From Candidatus Hydrogenedentota bacterium (GTDB lineage Bacteria; Hydrogenedentota; Hydrogenedentia; Hydrogenedentales; SLHB01): a stretch of 64,000 bases of DNA. The translations under genes and the position numbers were made by a program. Positions 23,401 to 32,543 of this stretch are shown here, piece after piece. The DNA lies in the NCBI GenBank assembly GCA_963745075.1, contig CAVUWV010000008.1, positions 352,001 to 416,000 of the forward strand, in the 5' to 3' direction. A model generated the notes under the pieces. That model was given only the letters and a program-made list of their open reading frames with translations. It searched no databases and had not been told where the DNA came from. The first letter of the stretch is position 1. Each line of letters starts with the position of its first letter.

Positions 23401-23988
23401 CGGTTCTCCCGCCTCGTTTATCACGAGGCCAGCGATAGCCCCGGCGGGTTTCATCGTGATGTCCACCACGTCCAACAACTCGTCATCGGTAATCGTGGCC
23501 CCGCCTATCCCGAACAGGTCGTCCGTCGATGCAAGGATCGCGAAGTAACCGTACGGTATCCGTTTGAATTCGTAGGTGCCGTCCGCAGCCGTTTCAGCCT
23601 CCCAGTGGGGACCGTCCTCCAGTTGCTCGCCTCCCGTACCTGCTTCGGTGGTCAGGACGATCCTGACCGTGGCATTCGCAACCGGCGCCTCGCTGTCCGC
23701 CAGTTTCACCGCGCCTTTGATCGTGCCGTTGCCCGTGCGGCGCGGGGCGCGCGGATCCGAGTCCGCCCGCGTGCGGTCGCTACTCACCTGGAAGGGACTC
23801 GCCGGGCGCGCCGCCGTCCGGTCCTCGGTGGGGGCGGGCTCCCCCTCGGGTTCCACAGGTTCGGGCGTAGAAACGGTTTGCGCAACCTCGGTTGTGTCGC
23901 CGCTACGGCCGCTCAAGAAGTACCACGCGCCGCCCACCGCGGCTACGACCAGGACAATCAGGATCCCAAAACGAATATTCTCGTTCAT
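20439..23988 (-). CDS. Larger paralogous carboxypeptidase-regulatory-like repeat protein; frameshift near 22880
   Basis: ORFs 22768..24024 and 20439..22883 join at VTGRAYD/FDSGKAL; collinear with the 18066..20225 protein. Confidence 0.88.
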
Positions 23989-24316
23989 CGGTTCTCCCCA
24001 GTTGGACCGGTTGGAAGCACACATCCCCCCTATATAGACGCACCAGCAAGGCCTTTGGTGACCTTATGGCGCTTTCCGCAAAAGCCGATCGACCGCCTGT
24101 TTCAGTCCCTGATTCTACTAGTGATGACAGATTCTGTAAAGCCTTCCCGGCAGGCCAATCGCACGTAGACGGTCGGTGTGGGAGCGGTCTCAGGAATTCT
24201 TGACGGGCATTTAACCCGGGATCGCTAAGTTTACGGCAGCGTCGCACCGGATGAACGGGGCGCCACTGGGAGCGCCGGGCGCCAGCCTGGCGTAACTTCA
24301 AACCATCGGCGGCTGC

Positions 24317-24346
24317 TTGACTTGCGCACTCGAAATACGCTATTGT
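24317..24346 (+). promoter_or_regulatory. Putative sigma70 promoter for rpsD
   Basis: TTGACT-18 bp-TATTGT. Confidence 0.5.
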
Positions 24347-24519
24347 ACCGGACTTGTTGGCCGTCAGGATTCCAATTCCATTGGCATCGGACGGGCTGGC
24401 CTGTGTCCGCAAACCGGCTCGCACTGGGTCCGGTATGCACCGTATATCGAAATGGGCGACGCGCGTTTATGCCGTCAAGTTAAACGATTTCAATGATTTA
24501 GGAGGACGTAGAGAGGCTT

Positions 24520-25128
24520 ATGGCCAGGAAAACCGGACCAAAACACAAACTCTGCCGCCGCTTGGGCTCCTGCATCTGGGGCGATCCCAAGTGCCCCTCG
24601 CTGCGGCGTCCGTATGCGCCGGGACAACACGGCCAGAACATGCGCCGGAAGATGTCCGTCTATGGGCTGCAACTCCTGGACAAACAGAAGATCCGCACCC
24701 ACTACGGCCTCATGGAAAAGCAGATGCGCCGTACCTTCGCCGAAGCCCAGCGGATGGGCGGCGTGACCGGCACCAACCTGCTCATGCTGCTCGAATGCCG
24801 CTTGGACTGCATCGTCTTTCGCTTCGGCTGGGCTTCCAGCATTCCGGCGGCGCGGCAACTCGTGAATCACGGCCACATCCAGGTCGATGGCAAGAAAGTC
24901 GATATCCCGTCGTTCCGCGTGAAGCCCGGCATGACCGTGAGCGTCCGCGACCGCAGCCGCAAGATCCCGAGCATCGCCAACGGCGCTGAAAACCCGCCTG
25001 CCGTGATGCCCGAATACCTTGAACGCGCGCCGAAATCGTTTGAAGGCAAGATGACCGCCACGCCGAACCTGGAAACCATTCCGTTCAAAGCGGAGACGGC
25101 CGGCATCATCGGTTTCTATTCGCGCTAA
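24520..25128 (+). CDS. rpsD: 30S ribosomal protein S4
   Basis: RRPYAPGQHG, YGLQLLDKQK, LECRLD, ARQLVNHGHI. Confidence 0.97.
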   Translation: MARKTGPKHKLCRRLGSCIWGDPKCPSLRRPYAPGQHGQNMRRKMSVYGLQLLDKQKIRTHYGLMEKQMRRTFAEAQRMGGVTGTNLLMLLECRLDCIVFRFGWASSIPAARQLVNHGHIQVDGKKVDIPSFRVKPGMTVSVRDRSRKIPSIANGAENPPAVMPEYLERAPKSFEGKMTATPNLETIPFKAETAGIIGFYSR

Positions 25129-25251
25129 GCGCACGCAACGTTCAGCAGTTCCCGGGCGGGCCGTGATTTTACGGTCCGCCCGTTTCGTCGTTGTCCCGGA
25201 TCCCGGGCGTGGACACGCGTCCGGCACCGGCAATAAGATCGCAAACCATTC

Positions 25252-28200
25252 ATGGCACTGGCACGATCCCTCCCGAAACTCGGTTTTGTAGACGACATCG
25301 TTCGTAAACTCGAATCCGGCGTCGTCGAAACGGTCGGCCCTTGGGGATCCGGCAAGACCCTCTGTGCCCTCCAATCCGCCGCGGACCGTCCCCTGCTCAT
25401 CGTCGCACCCGGCCGGATCGAAGCCGAAGGTATTTTCGAAGACCTGCTCACCTTTGATGACCCGGAGCGCTGTGCACTCTTTCCGGCCTGGGAGGTGCTC
25501 CCTACCGATGCCATGGCCCCCGCCGACGACATCGTCGCCGAGCGCATGAATACGTTGAAACGCCTGCTCACGGCCCAGAATGACGGAGTGCCCATGCGCG
25601 TCGTCGCCCCGGTTCGCGCGCTGATGCAATTTGTCATCCAGCGCGAACGCCTCGCACAACAAACCGTTTCGCTGGCCGTGGGCGAAGAACACGACCTCGA
25701 AGAACTGGTCGTGCGCCTCACGAAGATGGGATACGAACGCGAACTCATGGTCGAACAGCGCGGTCAAATGAGTCTGCGCGGCGGCATCTTCGACGTGTTC
25801 CCCATTTCCAGCGAGTTGCCTTATCGCCTCGAGTTTTTCGGCGACGAGATCGAATCCATTCGTCGCTTCGAACCCGAAACGCAGCGAAGCGTCAACCCCG
25901 TCGACTCCTTGACCGTATTGCCCCGCTCGGAAAAGACCGTCCTCGCCGCGTCAGTCGACGGTTCCGGTTCCAAATGTTCGCTCCTGGACTACCTGCCCGA
26001 AGACGCGCTCATCGCCATCGACGAACCCGCCGCAGTGCAGACCGAGGCGGAAAAGCTACACACCCAGTTAGCGGACAGTCCGTTCTTCATGGACGTCGAA
26101 GACCTCGAATCGCGTCTCGAACCCCGTAATCGTCTGTCGTTGGGGCAAGTTCCCTTCACGGGTCGCAAAGGCGCGGTCCGCATCGCCGGGTCCATGCGCG
26201 CGCTGGCCGGATGGCAGGGCCATAACGAAGCCTTCTGGAAACAGCTCCAGGACTGGGATCGCGAAAAGTACACCGTCGTGCTCCTTTGTGCCAACTCCGG
26301 CGAACGCAAACGTCTCTTCGAACTCGTGGAGGAGCAGGGCTACCGTATCGGCCACGACGCCTTCGATATCCGGATCGAGATGGGTAGGTTGCGGGCCGGG
26401 TTCGCCTCAACCACTGACCGCCTCGCCGTCCTCAGCGAACGCGAGATGTTCGGGCGCCACTACACGCGCCGGGCGCGCCGCCGCTTCGAAGCCGGCGTGG
26501 CGCTCACCGCGTTCAGCGACCTCAAATCCGGCGACTACATCGTTCACCAGCAACACGGCATCGGCCGGTACCTCGGGCTCAAACGTTTCGAAGGCAAAGC
26601 CGGCGACTTCCTCGCGGTGCAGTACACCGGCGGCGACAAGCTCTACGTGCCCGTCACGCACATCGACATGATCCAGAAATACACCGGCGGCGACGGCGCG
26701 ACGCCCAAGGTCGACAAACTCGGCGGCTCCACCTGGGCGCGGACCAAGGCCCGTGTGAAGAAGGCCGTCCGCGATATGACGGAGGACTTGCTGAAACTCT
26801 ACGCCGCGCGGGAAAGCCGCGAGGGATTCGCGTTCAGCAAGGATACCCCGTGGCAGCTCGAGTTCGAGGAGGCCTTCGAATACGACGAAACCCCGGACCA
26901 AGCCCGCGCCATCGTCGACGTGAAGCGCGACATGGAATCGCCGCGTCCCATGGATCGCCTGGTCTGCGGTGACGTGGGTTACGGCAAGACCGAGGTCGCC
27001 ATGCGCGCCGCCTTCAAGGCCGTCATGGACGGCAAACAGGTCGCCGTGCTTGTGCCGACCACCGTTCTCGCCGAGCAGCACTATCTCAACTTCACCGAGC
27101 GATTCGCCGATTTCCCCATCAAGGTCGAGATGCTCAGCCGATTCCGCAGCGCCAAAGAACTCAAGGCCACCGTCGAGCGCATGAAATCCGGCGAAGTGGA
27201 CGTCGTGGTAGGCACGCACCGGCTCGTATCCAAGGATGTCCAGTTCAAAAACCTCGGCCTCGTGGTGATCGACGAAGAGCAGCGTTTCGGCGTCGCCCAT
27301 AAAGAGCGGTTGAAGCAACTACGCACGACCGTCGACGTGATGACCCTTTCCGCCACGCCCATTCCCCGCACACTCAATATGAGCCTGCTCGGCGTCCGCG
27401 ACATGAGCGTCATCAACACCGCCCCCAACGATCGTTTGCCCATCCACACCTGCATCGAACATTTCGACGAGCAATTGATCCAGGAAGCGATCCAGCGGGA
27501 ACTCGCGCGCGAAGGGCAGGTGTTCTACGTCCACAACCGCGTACAAACCATCCTGCCCGTCGCGCAGATGGTGCGCAAACTCGTGCCCGGCGCCCGCATC
27601 GCCGTCGGCCACGGCCAGATGCCGGAAAAAGAACTCGAGCGCGTGATGACCGCGTTCATGCACAAAGAGGTCGACATCCTCGTGTGCACGACCATCATCG
27701 GTTCCGGGCTCGACATCCCCAACGCGAACACCATCATCATCGACAACGCCAGCTACTTCGGTTTGGCGGAGTTGTACCAACTGCGCGGACGCGTCGGACG
27801 GTTTAAGCACCGGGCCTTTGCCTACCTCCTCGTCCCGGGCGAACGGGCGCTGAGCGAGGACGCCCAGAAACGACTGAAAGCGTTGGAGGAATTCTCGACG
27901 CTCGGTTCGGGATTCCGCATCGCCATGCGCGACCTCGAAATCCGCGGCTGCGGCAACATTCTGGGTGGCGAGCAGCACGGCTACATCGCCACGGTCGGAT
28001 ACGACACCTATACCCAACTCGTCGCGGAAACCGTCGCGGAACTGAAAGGCGAACCGGCCCGCCGCCGCACGCTGCCGCTTTTCGAAGTGGCCGTGGATGC
28101 ATTTATTCCGGAAGCATATGTTCCTTCCGAAGCGCAAAAGATCACACTGTACAAACGCATCGTCGGCATTCAGAGCGAAGATGAAGTCGACGAGATGGAA

Positions 28201-28515
28201 GCCGAACTCGCCGACCGCTTCGGCAAACCGCCCGCGCCCGTACGGCGGCTGCTCGCCATCATGCGGGTACGCGCGCTCGGTGGCGACGCCGGCGTAAAAC
28301 GCATCGTCGCGGCCAAGGGGGCTGTCAGCGTGGAACTCGAATCCGGTCAACTCATGAGCCGGGGCAACCGCGACACCCTCTCCCACGAACTCGGAAACCG
28401 CCTTGATTTTGCCTGGCAGGAACACCCGTCGATTACCATCAAACTGCTCCCCGACGGCCAGGAAAACCCCATCGAAGTCGCCCAGCACCTCCTCCGCGCC
28501 ATGGCCAATCTGTAG
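25252..28515 (+). CDS. mfd: Transcription-repair coupling factor
   Basis: RGGIFDVFP, CGDVGYGKTEVA, DEEQRFG, QLRGRVGR, DLEIRGCGN. Confidence 0.97.
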   Translation: MALARSLPKLGFVDDIVRKLESGVVETVGPWGSGKTLCALQSAADRPLLIVAPGRIEAEGIFEDLLTFDDPERCALFPAWEVLPTDAMAPADDIVAERMNTLKRLLTAQNDGVPMRVVAPVRALMQFVIQRERLAQQTVSLAVGEEHDLEELVVRLTKMGYERELMVEQRGQMSLRGGIFDVFPISSELPYRLEFFGDEIESIRRFEPETQRSVNPVDSLTVLPRSEKTVLAASVDGSGSKCSLLDYLPEDALIAIDEPAAVQTEAEKLHTQLADSPFFMDVEDLESRLEPRNRLSLGQVPFTGRKGAVRIAGSMRALAGWQGHNEAFWKQLQDWDREKYTVVLLCANSGERKRLFELVEEQGYRIGHDAFDIRIEMGRLRAGFASTTDRLAVLSEREMFGRHYTRRARRRFEAGVALTAFSDLKSGDYIVHQQHGIGRYLGLKRFEGKAGDFLAVQYTGGDKLYVPVTHIDMIQKYTGGDGATPKVDKLGGSTWARTKARVKKAVRDMTEDLLKLYAARESREGFAFSKDTPWQLEFEEAFEYDETPDQARAIVDVKRDMESPRPMDRLVCGDVGYGKTEVAMRAAFKAVMDGKQVAVLVPTTVLAEQHYLNFTERFADFPIKVEMLSRFRSAKELKATVERMKSGEVDVVVGTHRLVSKDVQFKNLGLVVIDEEQRFGVAHKERLKQLRTTVDVMTLSATPIPRTLNMSLLGVRDMSVINTAPNDRLPIHTCIEHFDEQLIQEAIQRELAREGQVFYVHNRVQTILPVAQMVRKLVPGARIAVGHGQMPEKELERVMTAFMHKEVDILVCTTIIGSGLDIPNANTIIIDNASYFGLAELYQLRGRVGRFKHRAFAYLLVPGERALSEDAQKRLKALEEFSTLGSGFRIAMRDLEIRGCGNILGGEQHGYIATVGYDTYTQLVAETVAELKGEPARRRTLPLFEVAVDAFIPEAYVPSEAQKITLYKRIVGIQSEDEVDEMEAELADRFGKPPAPVRRLLAIMRVRALGGDAGVKRIVAAKGAVSVELESGQLMSRGNRDTLSHELGNRLDFAWQEHPSITIKLLPDGQENPIEVAQHLLRAMANL

Positions 28516-28568
28516 CCCCACTTCTTCTCAGGGAATACCGTTCACCCGATCCCTATGTTTCCCATCTC

Positions 28569-28604
28569 TAATCGTAATCGTAATCGTAATCGTAATCGTA
28601 ATCG
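28569..28604. repeat. (TAATCG)n microsatellite
   Basis: Six tandem TAATCG units after mfd. Confidence 0.85.
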
Positions 28605-28660
28605 GCCGACCCCATGCGCATAATCCCACCACATACAAAACGCACATGAGCGACACGCCC

Positions 28661-28742
28661 CCGTCATCCTGAGCGAAGCGAAGGATCCCATCACGCCTAC
28701 GCCTATCGGGTCAGAGATCCTTCGCTTCGCTCAGGATGACGG
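28661..28742. repeat. CGTC-type REP-like palindrome
   Basis: Perfect 27-bp arms ccgtcatcctgagcgaagcgaaggatc / gatccttcgcttcgctcaggatgacgg. Confidence 0.85.
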
Positions 28743-28773
28743 TTACGCGTGTGGGAAACAGGGGAGAGCAGTC

Positions 28774-29289
28774 ATGGAACTCAACGCATCAACATTCCGG
28801 CTTCGACCTTGGCGCCTGAACGATGCGGAGTCGCTGGTCGCACACGCCGACAACCCCCGAATCGCCAATAACCTCGGCGACGCCTTCCCCTCGCCGTACA
28901 CCGATGCCGATGCCCGCGAATGGCTGGAAGCCCGGGCAAAAGACGAACCGCCAATCTGCGCATTTGCCATCGACACTGACGATGCGGCCGTCGGCGGTAT
29001 CGGCCTGATGCTGAACGACGGTCCCAAACGCATCGCCGCGGAAATGGGGTATTGGCTGGGCGAATCGTTCTGGGGCCGCGGCATCGGCACCGAAGCGGTG
29101 AGGCTGATGACGCAATACGCCTTCGACACGTTTCACCTGCGCCGTCTCGAAGCGCGCGTCTTTCCGTGGAACCCCGGCTCCATGCGCGTGCTGAAGAAGA
29201 ATGGGTTTATCTTCGAAACCCGCCTACGTAACATCCAGCTCAAGGGCGACGAACCGGTGGATATGCTGCTGTTTGCGATCGTGCGGTAA
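28774..29289 (+). CDS. GNAT N-acetyltransferase (RimJ/RimL-like)
   Basis: AEMGYWLGESFWGRGIGT, NPGSMRVLKKNGF. Confidence 0.92.
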   Translation: MELNASTFRLRPWRLNDAESLVAHADNPRIANNLGDAFPSPYTDADAREWLEARAKDEPPICAFAIDTDDAAVGGIGLMLNDGPKRIAAEMGYWLGESFWGRGIGTEAVRLMTQYAFDTFHLRRLEARVFPWNPGSMRVLKKNGFIFETRLRNIQLKGDEPVDMLLFAIVR

Positions 29290-29333
29290 CCTATCGAGCA
29301 CTCGTGACGCCCGTGTTAGGTCTGGTAGTAGAA

Positions 29334-29687
29334 TCAGCCCGCACCCGACCCATTCCCGTCGTGCCGGTACACGGCCACCTGAATGTTTTCGATGGTGACC
29401 AGACCATTGGTTACCATCGCATTCAAATCCGGCAAGAACGCCTCGATGTTTTCCTTCGAATCGACAATCTCGACAACCAACGGTAAGTCCTCCGACAACC
29501 GCAGAATCTTTGCGGTATGCACCCGGCTGTTCTTGCCGAATCCCATCATCCCCCGGACCACCGTCGCGCCCGCCATTCCCCGTTTGCGAGCCTCCAACAC
29601 GATAACCTCGTACAACGGGCGATGATGGACCTTGTCGCTCTCCCCGATAAAGATGCGAAGCAGTTGAGCCTCCTGCGGGATTTCCAT
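29334..29687 (-). CDS. DUF190 family (PII-like) protein
   Basis: LLRIFIGESDK, GATVVRG, LSEDLPLVVEIVD; usual crcB partner. Confidence 0.92.
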   Translation of the reverse strand: MEIPQEAQLLRIFIGESDKVHHRPLYEVIVLEARKRGMAGATVVRGMMGFGKNSRVHTAKILRLSEDLPLVVEIVDSKENIEAFLPDLNAMVTNGLVTIENIQVAVYRHDGNGSGAG

Positions 29688-29747
29688 AATTGACTCCTTC
29701 TTCCTTGACGAGGGCGTTACTCGTGACCCATCGCGCCCTGCGCCAAC

Positions 29748-29992
29748 CAAATTCTAAATCCGAATCCCGAAATCCGAAACAAATCCAAATGATCGAAATT
29801 CCAATCACCAAAACGGTGCGCAGAACTCATGATTGGGAGACCGTTCTGTCGTTACCCGCATTCAGGGACCACAGCATATACACAAGAACCCGATATCCCG
29901 AAGTCCGGCCTATAGTGTCTTTGGGTTTTGGTCATTCGGTATTAGAACATTCAAATTTGTTTCGGATTTCGTGCTTCGAGTTTCGGATTTCA
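29748..29992. repeat. Inverted pair of TTCGGATTTCG-family repeats inside the crcB-DUF190 operon
   Basis: aaatccgaatcccgaaatccgaaacaaat...accaaaa and ttttggtcatt...aatttgtttcggatttcgtgcttcgagtttcggattt. Confidence 0.8.
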
Positions 29993-29997
29993 TCTAA

Positions 29998-30375
29998 TCA
30001 AATCGTTCTGCCTACGGCAATACCCAGGAAAAGCGCCCCGATGCCCGCGACGACTTGGAGCATCACATTTCCACACGCGGCCAGCAATTCCGAGTCCGCC
30101 AGCAGTTGGCCCGTTTCCGACGCAAACGTGGAAAAGGTGGTAAAGGCCCCCATGAACCCCACCAACAGCACCGTCCGTGTATCACTGCCGAGCCACCCCC
30201 GCTCCGCAGACGTCGTCCATACCATACCAAACAGGAAGCAGCCCAGCAGATTTACGACCGCCGTCCCCCAGGGGAACCCGGCCCCAAGATAGCGTTGCAC
30301 CGCCCCCGCCATGCCGTATCGCGCCAGGGCCCCCATGCCGCCACCCATCGCAATCAACATCAACTTCTGTAACAT
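29998..30375 (-). CDS. crcB: Fluoride efflux channel FluC/CrcB
   Basis: GGGMGALARY, FPWGTAVVN, GFMGAFTTFSTF. Confidence 0.96.
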   Translation of the reverse strand: MLQKLMLIAMGGGMGALARYGMAGAVQRYLGAGFPWGTAVVNLLGCFLFGMVWTTSAERGWLGSDTRTVLLVGFMGAFTTFSTFASETGQLLADSELLAACGNVMLQVVAGIGALFLGIAVGRTI

Positions 30376-30624
30376 CTATCATTCTCCTTCAACCATCGTC
30401 CTATGGAATACAGGCCGACCTTCCCCCTGCGGTGCGCGAAGTCTGACGTCGCGCACCATAGGGGGCGATGTGATAGTGTGGCCTAAATGCCTGTAAATCA
30501 GTGGATTACATCACGATAGAGTCGTTGCGGAAGATTCCCGCTCGCGGCGGGACCGCTCGTCTCCATCCGAACACCTCCACGGCCGTTGCGTCCCGTCAGT
30601 GTTCCGGAGCTGCCCAGACATGAC

Positions 30625-30650
30625 AAAACTCCTGCGGGACCCGCAGGAGT
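30625..30650 (-). terminator. Riboswitch expression-platform terminator
   Basis: ACTCCTGCGGG-T-CCCGCAGGAGT followed by TTT, overlapping the aptamer 3' end. Confidence 0.8.
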
Positions 30651-30696
30651 CATCAGCCTGAACGCGGCGGTCATCGGGGGGACTCCATCCCCAATA
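30643..30696 (-). ncRNA. Fluoride riboswitch (crcB motif)
   Basis: GGGGATGGAGTCCCCC...ACCGCC...GGCTGATGACTCCT matches the consensus; upstream of crcB. Confidence 0.93.
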
Positions 30697-30707
30697 GCTT
30701 GGCACAC

Positions 30708-30736
30708 ACTATACCATGCTGGGATCGTACAGGCAA
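30708..30736 (-). promoter_or_regulatory. Sigma70 promoter for the riboswitch-crcB transcript
   Basis: TTGCCT-17 bp-TATAGT with extended -10 TG. Confidence 0.65.
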
Positions 30737-31015
30737 GCCGCTGCTCCCGGGAACCGTCAAATCCCGCCGCGCGGGCTGCTCCGAATTGAATGCTCCGGTG
30801 AGAATATGCTATAAATAGCGAGCTTCTGCGCACGCAGAGGGGATCCTTTCTGGCGCGCCTTTGTTTGAGATGACGGCCGTTCCCGGCTGGTCTGGACTTC
30901 TCGCACGCACATGGGACCGCTCACGGAGCGAACGTCGACGCCAAAGTTTCCCGGCATTTAACAATTTAACCGCGTTATTTACGGTGTGCGTGCGCGAAAT
31001 CCGGATTAGGAATTT

Positions 31016-31771
31016 ATGGAAAAACCCCTAATCCTCGTAACAAACGACGACGGTATCCAGGCCCCTGGGCTGGCGATTCTCGTCGAAGCATTGGATGCGT
31101 TGGGCGACGTGTGGGTCTATGCCCCCGACCGCCAGCAAAGCGCGGTGGGGCACGGCGTTTCCCTGCACCGGCCCTTGCGCGTGCACGAAGTGCGCGAGCG
31201 CTGGTACATGGTGGACGGAACGCCTACCGACTGCGTCATGTTGGCGGTGCGGGACTTGCTCGCACGCAAGCCCGATCTCGTGGTGTCCGGCATCAACCCG
31301 GGCGCCAATCTGGGCGACGACGTGACCTACTCGGGAACCGTCGCCGGCGCGTATGAAGGCATGTTGCTGGGTATCCGCTCGTTTGCGGTGTCCGACGTGT
31401 CGTACACGCCCGCGCATCTGGATACGGCGGGACGGGTTGCTCGCCACGTGGCGGGGCTGGTGCTGAAAGAAGGGTTGCCCAAGGACACCGTCCTGAACGT
31501 GAACGTCCCCGACGTTCCCTATGACGTATTGAACGGAATGGCCATTACAAAGATGGGTCGCCGCGATTATCAGGACGATATCGTCCGCCGCGAAGACCCC
31601 CGGGGCGGCGCCTACTACTGGATTGGCGGCGCGGAACCCAGTCACGTGGAAGAAGAAGGTACGGACTTCGAAGCCATCGAGCATCGGAGAGTCAGCGTCA
31701 CGCCGCTTCATCGCGACGTTACCAACTATGGGGCGCTGCGCGTGTTGAACGACTGGAGTGGGTCGCTCTAA
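31016..31771 (+). CDS. surE: 5'/3'-nucleotidase SurE
   Basis: ILVTNDDG, GTPTDCV, SGINPGANLG, YSGTVA. Confidence 0.97.
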   Translation: MEKPLILVTNDDGIQAPGLAILVEALDALGDVWVYAPDRQQSAVGHGVSLHRPLRVHEVRERWYMVDGTPTDCVMLAVRDLLARKPDLVVSGINPGANLGDDVTYSGTVAGAYEGMLLGIRSFAVSDVSYTPAHLDTAGRVARHVAGLVLKEGLPKDTVLNVNVPDVPYDVLNGMAITKMGRRDYQDDIVRREDPRGGAYYWIGGAEPSHVEEEGTDFEAIEHRRVSVTPLHRDVTNYGALRVLNDWSGSL

Positions 31772-31810
31772 GCCTGCCCATGTCCCCCGGGGTTGGAGAA
31801 GGGAACGTTC

Positions 31811-32407
31811 GTGAAGTTGCTCCGAAGGCTCTATGACTGGGTCCTGAAGTGGGCCACCACGCCCTATGGCGTTCTGGCGCTTTTCTTCGTCGCCGTCGCG
31901 GAATCGAGCGTGTTCCCGATTCCCCCGGATGTGTTGCTGATCGCCCTGTGCCTTGGCAATCGCAACCGCTGGGTGTGGTTTGCGTCCGTGAGCACGCTGG
32001 GTTCCGTACTCGGCGCCATGATCGGCTATGGGATCGGCTTGGGCCTCTGGGCGGCCGTGAGCCATTTCTTCTTTGCCTATGTGCCCGGGTTTACGCCCGA
32101 CAAATTTGAATACGTTACAGCACTCTACGAACGGTGGAACTTCTGGGTCGTGTTTATCGCCGCGTTTACGCCCATCCCGTTTAAGGTCATCACGATCACG
32201 GCGGGCGTCTGCGCGATCAACTTCCCCATGTTCCTGATCGCGTCCATTGTAGGGCGGGCGGCACGATTCGTGGTCGTGTCATTTCTCCTCTACAAGTTCG
32301 GCGAACCGATTCACGATTTCATCGACCGGCGATTCAATCTGGTCACGATCGTGTTTACGGTTTTACTCGTTGGGGGATTCTTCTTACTGCGATTTGTAGG
32401 CAACTGA
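31811..32407 (+). CDS. YqaA/DedA (VTT domain) membrane protein
   Basis: AESSVFPIPPDVLL, FTPIPFKV, GRAARF. Confidence 0.9.
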   Translation: MKLLRRLYDWVLKWATTPYGVLALFFVAVAESSVFPIPPDVLLIALCLGNRNRWVWFASVSTLGSVLGAMIGYGIGLGLWAAVSHFFFAYVPGFTPDKFEYVTALYERWNFWVVFIAAFTPIPFKVITITAGVCAINFPMFLIASIVGRAARFVVVSFLLYKFGEPIHDFIDRRFNLVTIVFTVLLVGGFFLLRFVGN

Positions 32408-32543
32408 GAAGGGCGCCGGCGTCTCGTCTGGCCATGATTCGACGTCCTACCGCCGGTCGTAAGACAAAGAAATACAGAATCGCGCTCTTTCATGCGCGTT
32501 ACAGCACGCCGCCCAAGGCGGTGCAAAAGGGAGAATAGGAAGC

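Noticed and set aside
32408..32543. glmS ribozyme upstream of glmS
   Set aside because: Only a GCGCC fragment resembles the core; the conserved GACGAGG and downstream pseudoknot elements are not evident
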